Origin: Octopus sinensis
Taxonomy: Eukaryota
Reading direction: 5' to 3'
Assembly: GCF_006345805.1 (NCBI RefSeq)
Contig: NC_043005.1
Location: 75,082,001-75,146,000 of the forward strand
DNA length: 64,000 nt
Shown here: one piece after another, positions 11,301 through 25,000 of the stretch
Position numbering within the stretch: the first letter of the stretch is position 1
Layout of the letters: the number at the start of each line of letters is the position of its first letter
Made by a program: the position numbers and the translations under genes
Notes under the pieces: model-generated
Seen by the model: the letters and a program-made list of their open reading frames with translations, nothing else
Told to the model about the DNA's origin: nothing
The model's database searches: none

Positions 11301-14300
11301 AGAGCATTGAACAGCAGTTATGATATTGGCATTTTGATACCCAGTGTGAATCATTGTCATACAGGTAGTGCTTTTCCAATATTCAGATGGCTTTCAGTTC
11401 TCCATGTCAGCTAAATTTTTCTTAGGGTCTGACAGAAACACTGTAAAGCTAAGTATTTTATGGACATGAAACTCAAAGTAACCCCATAGACCAGCCATGG
11501 CCATCTTTATCTAATTATATGTATGTATGTATGCATGCATGTATGTGTGTGTGTGTGTGCATACATAAATACATATATGCATATATACACACATAAATCA
11601 TCATCATCATAAATATATATTTACTCATACATATATCATATTTGCCTTTATATGTAGTGTCTAGTATCATCTTAGATTCAATCCATGTATATAGATGTAT
11701 TCTTTTAAAATCTAAATTAATTAATAATGTAACATTTACTTTCATTTCTTTAATAGTGACCACACCTGAGGTAACCACCATATTAACCCCAACTACATTT
11801 TTACCAACCAGTTAGTATACTTATTTATTTACTAATTGATTAAATTTTTCACATTTGATACTAAATTTATGATTTTACTATATCTAATGACTCTCATTTT
11901 GATTTGATATTGAAATACCATAAATACAAACTCAAAGTAAAAATATAATTTATTATTTTATATTTTGATTATACTGTTATATACAACTGCATCTCTATTA
12001 ATGGCACCCAAACCTGTAACAGAGACAGGAATGATACAATGAGTGAGCCTCTACACAGTCGTTCAACCTACTAGAAATAGCAGCCACCTTCCACTAAATC
12101 ACTCTGCTTTCATGAACTCTTTGTTTGTCCAGTGTATCACATATTACCCTGGCATCTATGTATCATATGATACAGATATCCAATTTTTTTTCAACCATTA
12201 GAATAACTTGGGACTTATTCAAGGAAAACATTATATTACTTAGAAGCAAGGTCAGGTTTTTCATCAGTCTGTCTCTTTACTATCTTATTATTATCTCTAA
12301 CTACCCTGTTCCATCTTTTTCCTCCTGGCTGAATTACATTTTTGTCAAATTGATCAGCATCTGCTCTGGTCACTGTCAAAGGCTATTGACATACAAAAAG
12401 TAGATTAGGCAATAAAGAAAAAAAAAAACATTGCCAATCTGTAAAATAGCACTCCACTTGATAAATCACTGCATACCAGAATTCAGTGCAGAATTAAAAT
12501 TACCATATAATATCCAAGCAGTTATATTGGTTGATATTTGCCCTGGAACTCACTATTAGGTTTGTATGTGTTTGAGTTAGACTGACTGACATTACAAAAC
12601 AAAATCCAACAAGTAGTAGATACGGTGTTAAAATCTTTTTTTTTTTTTTTTTTTTTAAATGAAACATATAAAGAATATTTTATAATTTTAACCAACGTTT
12701 CTGACAAGGAATTGAATTTCTTTTGTAGAATCATGGTGCATATTCAATGATGGTTTGGCAGATCATACTTTAATAAGGAACTCAGATATAGATTTGTCAA
12801 GCAATGACGGAAACAAAAATGTTATTCGGCCAGGAGGAAAAGGTTGGAAACCAGCAAAAGAAAATAAGAAACCATTTGTTAGCATTTTTGTTGGTGATTC
12901 TTTGAGGTATGGTGCATCTATATGTCTGGGCAAGGCTAAAGATATTAAAAGTTTTGATGTTATTCTAAGTGGAGGAGGAAACAATAAGAAATATATGGTA
13001 AGTTTGACTACTTTTTTTAATGTAGTAAAATGAATAGTTACATCATGGTAGAGTTATTCAAGCTGTTCAAATCACTTTTAACATGAAGTGTCAAAACGTC
13101 TCACACAAATACAACTTGGTCACTGATACAGTTTTCACAACAACTGTTCAAAAGCTTGATCCCTGTGGGTCTCAGCTTTTGTCTATTTTTATTTCATATA
13201 AGACTTAAGGATATATGGGTTTGCTGTGTTTATGTAAACTTTGACCTCATAACCTTGGACAATAATCTTTAGTAACTTTCAGTTTCTATTATTTTTACTA
13301 TATATATAGCATTGTGATCATTCCATTTATTCCCTTATTTCTTCTTTCTTTTCTTGAATGTTAATTTTGAATGTAATTCTTCCATGGTTGAGATTTAAAT
13401 ATTGCACTGTCAAATTTATTATTATTCTGTCCTATAATAGTCTTTACTATCTTATTATCCCTAACTACCCTGTCCCAACTTTATCATAGTGTGGAAGGCA
13501 TATTCCATCTTCATCAGTTTTTAGATGAAGAAAAGTACGTAAGCTGAATTGAAGATAACAAGTTTGGCTTTTTATTCCACCTCTCCTTTTCTGAGGATCA
13601 AACCCTGGAGCTGGCACATTACCGTACCAGCACCTGCAATTTCAACATTCAATTCAGCCTCCTGCTTCTCATCAAACTGCAGTCATCAGTTGTTAGTTGT
13701 TGGAGCACTGCATCCTTCAAAACTTCCATGCTTCCTGAGATTCGCCAACACTACACCTGATTTTCCCCTCCATACACACGCAAGCATGTATCTGACTCAT
13801 ACACTGTTCACTTCCCAGACATTTGTACATTCCTGCATATGCTTTCTACACACTTTTGACAAGTTGTGGTGCACCTGAGCACTGTATACAATAATTTCAT
13901 TATATATTTATATATATTATATATATCAGTCATGAAAACAGCCCTGAGATACTTAAACTTCTCCACTTGTATCAGTTCAAAATAATTCTAGGTGAATACA
14001 ACTAACCCACATTTCAAAGTTCAATACCGTGGGGTGGGGCGGAGAGAGAAGAAATCTAAAAACTATTAGGACTGACCTTGAGCAAACTTTTAAAAAGTTG
14101 TAATGGAACTATGCTGGTCACCAGGTCAGTTATACAATGAAAATATTTGACATGTCATGAAATAAGTTAAAAGTGAATTTAACAGTTCTGTGCACAATTA
14201 ACCCTTTAGCATTTAAATTGGCGATATCTGGCCCAAATATTCTACCTGTTTTATGTTCAAACTGCTTAGATCTGGCCTCCTACGCCTACCCTACAATGCC

Positions 14301-17300
14301 ATTCTAAAAATAAACAATCATATCAAAATCTCAAGGCCACAAGATAATGTGTGATAAATTCATAACAATATGAATGAATAAGCATTACATTTGATAGGGT
14401 AATCTGAATGTAAAGGGTTAACTGGCAAGGAGTACCCTTCCACAATGTGATTTGCTTCAGTTTTGATACATGATCCCTGATAAAGTCACTTGCTAGACAA
14501 ATACAATTCCTTAAAATAAATGTTTTAAAACCAAAAGGAATTTCAACCGTGTTTTGTGGTCTGCTACCACAACAGCTCCTTTATAGGATCCAATTAGCTC
14601 AAGACATCATCAGAAGGAACCACGTCCGGTTTCAGCCCCTATTCCTCTACCGTTTTGACGTGGCGAGCCCCCCCCCCTTCGAAGGTATCTTCTGCTCTGG
14701 TGCTGAGTGCATGTCTTCTTTGTTCTGTTCCCTGGCTTCTTCTATGTAGCGTCAACGAATGTCAGCGGGCGACTGACTGTCTTGTCAAATTTCCCTTTAA
14801 ATACCTGCTACTAGGCTCTAGCAGGCAACACCAGCAAGTTGTCACATGACACTGTCTCAACTTTAACTGACCAATGAAGTCACGTAGTCTCAGCTCACGC
14901 ATTTTGAAATAATTGTTTGTCAGAAGAAATGATATTCTTGATTAAATATTGAGTATCTTCACTTCTAAAATATAAATAAAGAAATTAATTGAAATCCTGG
15001 ATTATGATTATTGCTAACTGTATGTAATATCGTTGCTAAGATTTGCTGCCAGTAAATTTGGAAAATATGGTTTTGTCACTTGATTATCTACTGTGAAATT
15101 ACCATTTAAAAATAATTGAAGAAACTATGTCAGCTAGGACAGATTTTGTTATTTATCTTCTTGTATTCATTAATTTTGTGAAGATGTGTGACCAAATGGT
15201 TTGGGTGTTGCACCCATGATCATAAGACCATGGTTTCAATTATTTGTGTTCTTGAGCAAAACACTTCATTTCACATTGTTCCAGTTTGCTCAACCACGAA
15301 TGAGTTCCAACAATTGCTCAGAAGTTAACCTTGTGTCAGATTTGCATCTCATTCAAGAAAAATTGTCATAATCGTAGTCAATTATACACCATGAGAAGTG
15401 GACTAAGCCTTAATTTTATGAGTCCTAGGGCTCAGGACTGACCTAAATCTAATTCAAGAAATTCAATATTGTTCATTATCCAGGGCTTCATCATCCGTGA
15501 AGGAGGAACTCCTTCTTGGACTCCTTCCACCACTGTCTGTCTCTGGTCAGTCATGATTATAGATCCCAGTTAGCAAGTGAGATTATCTCAGCATCTTGTC
15601 TTCAGTTCTCAGCATCTTGATCTTCTCCATGTCTTGATATCCATTCCATCACCTTGATTGCTCATCTGTTGACTTTCAGATGAGCAATGGTTTAATAATT
15701 CAATATGTTTTACTATTTTTCTTGTTGAATTCTGATAACCAGCCAAGTATGTAATAACCAACCAAGTATGTAATAATGGATACTTCTCATTTTATAAATA
15801 AATATAATTATTCTTTCCTGTTTGAATTTCCAGGCAAATTTAAAAGGCAGTGTAGTTAAAATTCCATTTGGTACCACATCAACAACTGTAAAGATCTCTT
15901 TCAAAGGTGTTGCAGGAGATTGTGACATGGCTGTAACAGTATCTTTAAAGGGGTGCTTCGAATCACTAAGTAAGTATTAAATGCATCTTTTACTTGCTTC
16001 AGTCATTAGACTGTGGCCACGCTAAAGCACTGCTTTGAAGAATTTCAGTTGAATGAATTGACCCCAGTACTTTTAAGTCTAGTACTTATTTTATCAGTCT
16101 CTTTTGTTGAACCTCTAAGTGATGGAGATATAAACACAACAATACCAGTTGTCAAGCAATGGTGGGGGACAAACATACACAGAGAGACATACACACATAT
16201 GGCAGGCTTCTTTCGGTTTCTATCTACCAACTCCACTCACAAGGCTTTAGTAGGCCCAAGGCTATGGTAGAAGACACTTGTCCAAGGTGTCACACAGTAG
16301 TACTGAACCCAGAACCATGTGATTGGGAAGCAAGCTTCTTACCACACAGTCACACCTGCACCTGTATATGCATCTCATCAAATTGATTTGGTCTTCCATA
16401 TCTAATTACATAACTAGTATACTTTGTAAATTAAAAGAATACTATTTTCCTTGTTGAGTTAGCCTTGTGGTTCTTAAATGGTGCACCATGAAAAAGATTA
16501 GAATTTTATTACTGGTCAAAAAATTATTCTTGTAAAACATTTTTGTAAAAACAGATAGTCTTGTGGTTTAATGGACTGACGTAAAACAGCATGTGAATAA
16601 TGCCAATGTAATTCACATCATTCCATTTTTTACCTTTCCAATTTTAGCTTCTACTCTTGTGCCAGGTAAATTAGTTCAGGTAACAACACAAGCACAAATG
16701 ATGTTTAAAAGGCACTACTTTAATTTTTGACACTATACTTCAAAAATATTTCTACAATTTTGTCCAGTCTTTCTAGCAAGGAACTAAATTTCTTCTGTAG
16801 AATCTTGGTGAATTTAATGAGCCAATCATGCAATTAATAAAACTTTAATTTGAAAAATATTGCATGAATAATGTTGGTTTCAAGAAGAGGATCATTAATA
16901 TTAGCTGCTTTACCTAGATATTTGACAATAAGATAGATTCTGGTTGCTTTTTTTTTTCATTAAATTATAAAAGTGGTGTTATTGTATGGGGCTGAGACAT
17001 GGTGAACAACAGTTAAGTCAAACAAGCAAATACAATCATCATCAACAGATGCTTGCGTAGTATACTTAAAATTAAATGGCCCGAACACATAAGCAATATG
17101 GAGCTATGGCAAAGAACAAATGAAGTTTCGATTAGGGAGTAAATATTTAGGAAAAAGTGGAAGTGGATTGGTAGCACAATTAGAAAAGACACACCAAATG
17201 TAGTGAAAAGTGCTTTACAGTGGAATCCGGATGGATATAGAAGGAGAGGTAGGCCTAAGAACTTGTGGCATAGATCAACACAAAAGGAACTAGAGAAAGG

Positions 17301-18973
17301 GGGACATTCATGGCAGAGTATAAGTACAGAAGCGAAAAATTATGCGACATGGAATTCAACTATAAGTGGCCTATACTCCACAGTGGAGGGTTAAAGGCAT
17401 AAAGAAAAAAAATTATAAAAGCACAGTGGTAAGATATTGAATGTATGTTAGAATCTTATATAAAAATCTTGCCATAAATTTATTTTTTCTTACTGTTTCT
17501 ATGTTGAATATATGAAATTTCATTAACTATTTTGTAAGCTATAAAATATCTGATAATATACCTAACAAATATCATTTTATTGTTATTATATAAAGATCAT
17601 TGTAAATGTAATTCCTTTTTATCATTTTGATTTTAGCTACAACACCACTCCCAACATCGACAGTACAACCAACAACAGCCACAGGTATGATGATTAAAAG
17701 TCACTTTTTCAATTTCTTTTATATGAAAAATCTAAAAAATCTTTCTATATTTTGATATAAAATTTTATCTAATAATGAATTGAATTTCTTCTGTAGAGTC
17801 TTGGTGTGTATTCAATGATGGTTTGACAGATCACACTTTAATAAGGAACTCAGATATTGATTTGTCAAGCAATGATGAAAACAAAAATGTTATTCGACCA
17901 GGAGGAAAAGGTTGGAAACCAGCAAAAGAAGATAAGAAACCATTCATTAGCATTTTTGTTGGTGACTCTTTAAGGTATGGTGCATCTGTACGTCTGGGCA
18001 AGGCTAAAGATATTAAAAGTTTTGATGTTATTCTAAGTGGAGGTGAAAACAATAAGAAATTCAAGGTGAGTTTACTGAAATGATGACTGCTTTTCTTTCC
18101 AAATTAGTAAAATCTAACTGGTTATATTGTCTCAAACATTAAATTTCCTTTTGAATTGGTTGAGTGACAGGGTTGAGTACTGCAATGGAAATGAGCAGGG
18201 TAATGGTAAAAGAGAGCGATGGATGTTAATAATGAATGAGGGAGGAGGGGATTTGATTACAAGAGGTAGAGAAAGGTGGTTTTTAAGATATATCAGTTAT
18301 TAACACGTGATACAATCTTTCTCTACATAAGCATCTAGATGGGAGAGAGGAGAGGCTTGATTCATTGGTGGCATGACACATTGTGTAGGTGGGAGTGATT
18401 GGAAGGAGAAGGTATAGAAGTGGTTGAGCGGTGGAGAGTAGATAGAATCAAATATAAAGTCAATAGATAAAAATGTCAAATACAAATATACTATTCACCA
18501 TGCTTGTATGAAAGTGCAGGCATTTTCTAGCAGCATGTGTTGTCAATCATCCATTGACGAATTACTGCATCTTGACTGTTGATGAGCATAGGCACAGAAT
18601 ATAAGCACTTTCTCACCTTTCCAAGCATCAAACTAATACACCTGCTTGTTGTTTATAGAACTGTCTTCATCTGTTTTTTCGTAAATTTCAACTATATATA
18701 TATATGTATATATATATCATCATCATCATCTTTGTTATGAGCATCAACACACATCACCATTTAATGTTTGTTTTCCATGCTGGCATGGGTTGGAGGTTTC
18801 ACAGGAGCTGGCACACCAAAGGACTACACCAGGCTTCACTGTCTGCTCTGACATGGTTTTCATGGCTGGAACTAATAGTGAAGCCTGGTGCAGTTGCGGT
18901 TTGCCTGCTACTATCAAACTGTCCAACCCGTGCCAGCATGGAAAACAGAGTTTAATTGAAGTTGATAATGATT

Positions 18974-19050
<77 letters not shown>

Positions 19051-22000
19051 GTATTTATTGAACATGTGAAATAATTTACACCTGGTCTTGTGCTGTTAGA
19101 GAAGATACCTTGGTCATACAATAGACATTAATACGTGCTTCTTTACTTCTGTTTTCAAAGTTAGATAAAGAACTAGAAAATAATATAATGCACATACTTT
19201 TGTCAGAATATCCATTAATACAGTTCATTCTCATCTACTTGTGCATCCAATACAGGCAAATATGAAAGACAGTGTTGTTAAAATTCCATTTGGCACCACA
19301 TCGTCTACCATAAAGATTTACTTGCAAGGTGTTCCAGGTGACTGTGACATGGCTGTAACAGTATCTATAAAGGGGTGCTTTGAATCACGATGTAAGTATA
19401 TTAATCTGCAAGTAACTCATCTTGATAATGTTTTCTTTAACTTACCACATAACTAGTAAAGTTTATCTCTGATTATGATACATCAATGTTTGTGTGTATA
19501 CATGTGTATATTAGTTATTGAGAGGAGCATAATGAGTGATTCCTATAACCTTTAATCTTCTTCCCAACTTGGTTAGACTGATGTAGTTTATGGTCATTTG
19601 ATCCTCTATTGTTCAACTACAAGGTGAAATTAAGAGCCTTAACGTTCCTAACCATTTAAAAGATTTTTGTGACTCCTCATTATCATCATCATCATCATTT
19701 AAGGTCCACTTTCCATGCTGGCATGTGTTGGACAGTTTGACTGAGGACTAGTGAGCCAGAGGCTGCACCAGGTCCAGTCTGATCTGGCAAAGTTTCTGCA
19801 GCTGGATGCCCTTCCTAACACCAACCACTCCGAGGGTGTAGTGGGTGCTTTTATGTGACACCAGCACAAGGGCCAATCAAGTGGTTCTGGCAACGACCAC
19901 ACTCAAAAGGTGTCTTATTGTGCTACTTGCACAGAAGCCAGTCCAGTGGCACACTGGCAATGACCATGCTCGAATGTTGTTTTTCACGTGCCACTGGCAC
20001 ATGTGCCTGTAAGATGATGCTGTCACTGATCACGCTCGAATGATGCTTTTCCTGTTTCACCAGCACAAGAGCCAATCAGGTGGAACCGTCATCGGCCACA
20101 TCAGCGATTTTGATTTCACTTGCCTCAATAGGTCTTCACAAGCAAAGTTTATTATCCAATGAATGAGGGGTATTCATAAGTGGGCTGGTTACACCCATTG
20201 CCATAGGTCATGAGCCATGGTCTCACTTGGCTTGTCTTCAAAATTTAAACAATAATAAACCATAAAATAAACTTTATAAGAGATTAAAAATATAAATGGT
20301 GAATGTATGTCTTCCAATCTGTCATTATTATAGTTTCAATGCACAGTCATTTATAAATTAATCTCTAAAAACCTATATTCCTATTACATTGATGGTATAC
20401 TAGATACTTAAATCATGTGAAGGTAATTTTAGTCATTTAAAACTAAACACACTATAATTCACATCTTGTCAATTTTCATTTTGATTTTAGCTACAACACC
20501 ACTTCCAACAACAACAGCACAACATACAACAGCAACAGGTATAATTATTAAAAGTCACTTTTTCAATTTCTTTTATATGAAAAATCTAAAGAATCTTTCT
20601 ATAATTTGATATAAAATTTTATCTAATAATGAATTGAATTTCTTCTGTAGAGTCTTGGTGTGTATTCAATGATGGTTTGGCAGATCACACTTTAATAAGG
20701 AACTCAGATATTGATTTGTCAAGCAATGATGAAAACAAAAATGTTATTCGACCAGGAGGAAAAGGTTGGAAACCAGCAAAAGAAGATAAGAAACCATTCA
20801 TTAGCATTTTTGTTGGTGACTCTTTAAGGTATGGTGCATCTGTACGTCTGGGCAAGGCTAAAGATATTAAAAGTTTTGATGTTATTCTAAGCGGAGGTGA
20901 AAACAATAAGAAATTCAAGGTAAGTTTACGGAAATGATGACTGCTTTTCTTTCCAAATTAGTAAAATCTAACTGGTTATATTGTCTCAAACATTAAATTT
21001 CCTTTTGAATTGGTTGAATGATGGGGTTGAGTACTGCAATGGAAATGAGCAGGGTAATAGTAAAAGAGAGCGATGGATGTTAATAATGAAAGGCCAGGAG
21101 GAGGGGATTTGATTACAAGAGGTAGAGAAAGGTGGTTTTTTAAGATGTATCAGTTATTAACAAATGTGATACAATTTCTCACTATGAAGGCATCTAGATG
21201 GGAGAGAGGAGAGGCACCACCATTCCTTGATTCATTGATGGCATAACACATTGAGTAGGTGGGAGTGATTGGAAGGAGAAGGTATAGAAGTGGTGGAACA
21301 GTGGGGAGCAGATGGAAACAAACAGAAAATCAATAAAAGATTTTCAATACACCTGCTGAAAGAATACGAATTTCAGAAGATGCTCAGATAAGAAATTTTG
21401 TCTTATCAACCTCGTTCATCTACTCTTCTATTTCTGCGCAGATTATAAACCCCTTATTAGTTCTTTTCATTATTCTATCTATTTCATTACCATGTAAACA
21501 TAGTTTAAATAGTTCCGCTGTCCTTGTTGTTGTCTTAAGTTGATGCATCTCCATTAATCGTCACATATTTATTTATTCAAGTTTATCACATTGTAACTCA
21601 TCTCTCTAAATTTGTCACAGATTGGCTAACCAAAAATTCTAAGATTTTTCAATTCTATTTCACTATTATTGGCATTCGCTGTTTCATAAAATTATTTTAC
21701 CCAAAATCCCAAAGAATATTTTACTCCCTCGTGTTCTATGCCTGAACATCCTAACTCTGCCCCCCCCTCTCTCTCTCTCTCTCTGCCTCACTGTCTCTCT
21801 CTCTATCTTTCGATTTACCACTTGATTCACCAACACTTCCCCCTCTACCACCACCACCACCACCCTATATATACTAGTGTACGCACTCGGATTCCCCTAC
21901 TCGATTTTTTAATAGCTCCTCTGAAAGAATACAAATCCAGAAGATGCTATCGTCTAAATTTGCTAGTTCGCGATATGCCTACTCCTCCACCTGTACCAGA

Positions 22001-25000
22001 AGTTCCTATCCTGTCATCCTTTGGTTGTCTCCCATGAACACTTCTAGAAGCTTAATACCATCCCCACTCCTACCTAGGGTTTATCGATCATATAGTGCAT
22101 AAAAATGATGGTGTAGTGTATGCAGGTTGAAGGCTATTGTTTGTTTATAAATTCTGCCAAATGCAAGCTTTCTTTTCAGGTACATGACACTGCTGTCCCT
22201 CATCCCAGGGTCTCACAGGCCCACACCTTCCACACCCTTAGAGTTGACAGACTCAACATTGGCACACTGAAAGGTAGATCTGGTAAGATTGTTGAGATGC
22301 TTGAACGGAGATGTGTCGATTTGTGCTGCCTCCAAGAAGTAAGGTGGAGAGGAGGTTCTGCTAGGTACCTCACTGGCAAAGGACACAGGTGCAAGATTTT
22401 CTGGGCAGGGAACACTGATGGGATCGGGGCCGTGGGTATACTTCTTGCGGAGAAATGGATTGATAAGGTCATCGAGGTAGTCAGAGTATGCGACAGAATA
22501 CTTAAGATTAGATTAGTGCCCCATCATGGGTTATCAACCATTATCTATGCCCCTCAACTGGGGCTATCTGATGGAAATAAAGACCAATTATATGACTCCC
22601 TCTTGCAGACTACCTCATTGACAAATGACAGGGACCTTCTCTTTGTGGCTGGTGACTTCAATGGACATGTCGGACAACATGCAGGGGGCTTCCATGGTGT
22701 ACATGGAGGCTATGGTTTTGGTTCCCACAATGAGGAGGGAACCAGGCTGCTGGAGTTTTGCGATGCAAATGATCTTATGGTTTGCAATACTAACTTCAGA
22801 AAACCTGCCAGTCACCTAGTCACCTACTCTTCTGGCAGACACACTAGCCAAAGTGACTACATCCTCACCAGAAAAAGGGAAAGATGGCTGCTTATAAATG
22901 CCAAAACCTTCCCAGGCAAAGAATGTACACCACAACATAGACTAGTAGTTAGCAACTTCAGGATCAGGGCTAAATGAGTGCCCAGAAGACGACCAGCATA
23001 GAGGAGATGGGTCTGGAAGCTTAAAAATCCTATGATCTTTAAATAGAAAATAATATATTGCACATAGTTTTATCAGATTATCCATTAATACAGATCATTC
23101 TCTTCTACTTGTGCATCCAATATAGGCTAATATGAAAGACAGTGTTGTTAAAATTCCATTTGGCACCACATCGTCTACCATAAAGATTTACTTGCAAGGT
23201 GTTCCAGGTGATTGTGACATGGCTGTAACAGTATCTATAAAGGGCTGCTTTGAATCTCGATGTAAGTATATTAATCTGCAAGTAACTCATCTTGATAATG
23301 TTTTCTTTAACTTAACACATAACTAGTAAAGTATATATATGTGCAATTCAAAATATAAACAATAATAAACCATAAAATAAATTCTATTAGGGATTAAAAA
23401 TATAAATGGTGAATGTGTGTTTTCCAGGTTTTAATTATTTTAGTTTCACAGATCAAATCACTTACCAGACAAATTCATCTCCAAAAATCTATAAATATTA
23501 TTACATTGATATTTAGAAACGATGGTATATTAGAAACTTAAATCATGTTATACTAATTTTAGTCATTTAAAACACCCTGTCCTTCACATCTTGTCAATTT
23601 TCATTTTCATTTTAGCTACAACACCACTTCCAACATCAACAGTACAACCAACAACAGCAACAGGTATGATGATTAAAAGTCACTTTTTCAATTTCTTTTT
23701 CATGAAAAATCTAAAGAATCTTTCTATAATTTGATATAAAATTTTATCTAATAATGAATTGAATTTCTTCTGTAGAGTCTTGGTGTGTATTCAATGATGG
23801 TTTGGCAGATCAAACTTTAATAAGGAACTCAGATATTGATTTGTCAAGCAATGATGAAAACAAAAATGCTATTCGGCCAGGAGGAAAAGGTTGGAAACCA
23901 GCAAAAGAAAATAAGAAACCATTTGTTAGCATTTTTGTTGGAGATTCTTTGAGGTATGGTGCATCTGTACGTCTGGGCAAGGCTAAAGATATTAAAAGTT
24001 TTGATGTTATTCTAAGTGGAGGTGAAAACAATAAGAAATACATGGTGAGTCTACTGAAATGATGGCTGTCTTCACAATAATAAAATATAAAATGTCATAA
24101 AACTATATCTTGTTGGTTATATTATTTTTAAATATTTGTTTGTCAACACAGATAACACGCATGGTTATATATTGAGTATCTTTAGTTTTAAAATATAAAT
24201 ACATAAAATAAAATTCCGCATTGTAACTATTAATGTTAGATATATATAACATTCAATCATCATCATCATCGTTTAACATCCACTTTCCATGCTAGCATGG
24301 GTTGAACGAATAACTGAGGGCTGGCAAACCAGATGGCTGCACTAGGCTTCAATCTTGATCTGGCAGAGTTTCTACAGCTGGATGCCCTTCCTAACACCAA
24401 CAACTCCGAGAGTGTAGTGTGTGCTTTTACGTGCCACCGGCACGGGGCCAGTCAGGTGGTACTGGCAACGACCTTGCTCGAATCTTTTACACATGCTACC
24501 GGCACAGGTGCCAATAAGGTGATGCTGGTAACGATCACACTCAAATGGTGTCTTTTACATGCCACCAGCATGGAGGCCAGATAGCCGCTCTGGCAACAAT
24601 CACGCTCGGATGGTGCTCTTAATACCCTTCAATATTGTTAAATTTTACTGCTAGTAAGCATAAAATGAGTTTTTTCTTCATTTAATTACTGACTGTAAAA
24701 TCATTAGGTATAAATGACTAAGTAATTATAGGAGGTCAAATTTAGTTATTTTATTCTAATTGTGAGTTTAGATTTCATTGTAATATTCTATAACATGTTT
24801 TATTTATGTTGTTGAATTCAAATAAATAAAAAATAATTATTGTTACAGTAATACTTTTTCTCATATTATTCACAAATATAATCATCTTTCTCTGTTTGAA
24901 TATCCAGGTAAACTTAAAAGACAGTGTTGTTAAAATTCCATTTGGTACCACATCAACAACTGTAAAGATTTCTTTCAAAGGTGTTGCAGGAGATTGTGAC

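Noticed and set aside
12575-12630. Possible extra microexon upstream of A1 at the position where other units have one
   Set aside because: There is no pyrimidine tract, no convincing donor and no Thr/Pro coding. The 11757-11810 exon already joins A1 in frame.
22120-22977. Host gene (craniofacial development protein 2-like label)
   Set aside because: The sequence is a LINE AP-endonuclease remnant inside an intron, followed by stops and absent from the paralogous unit.
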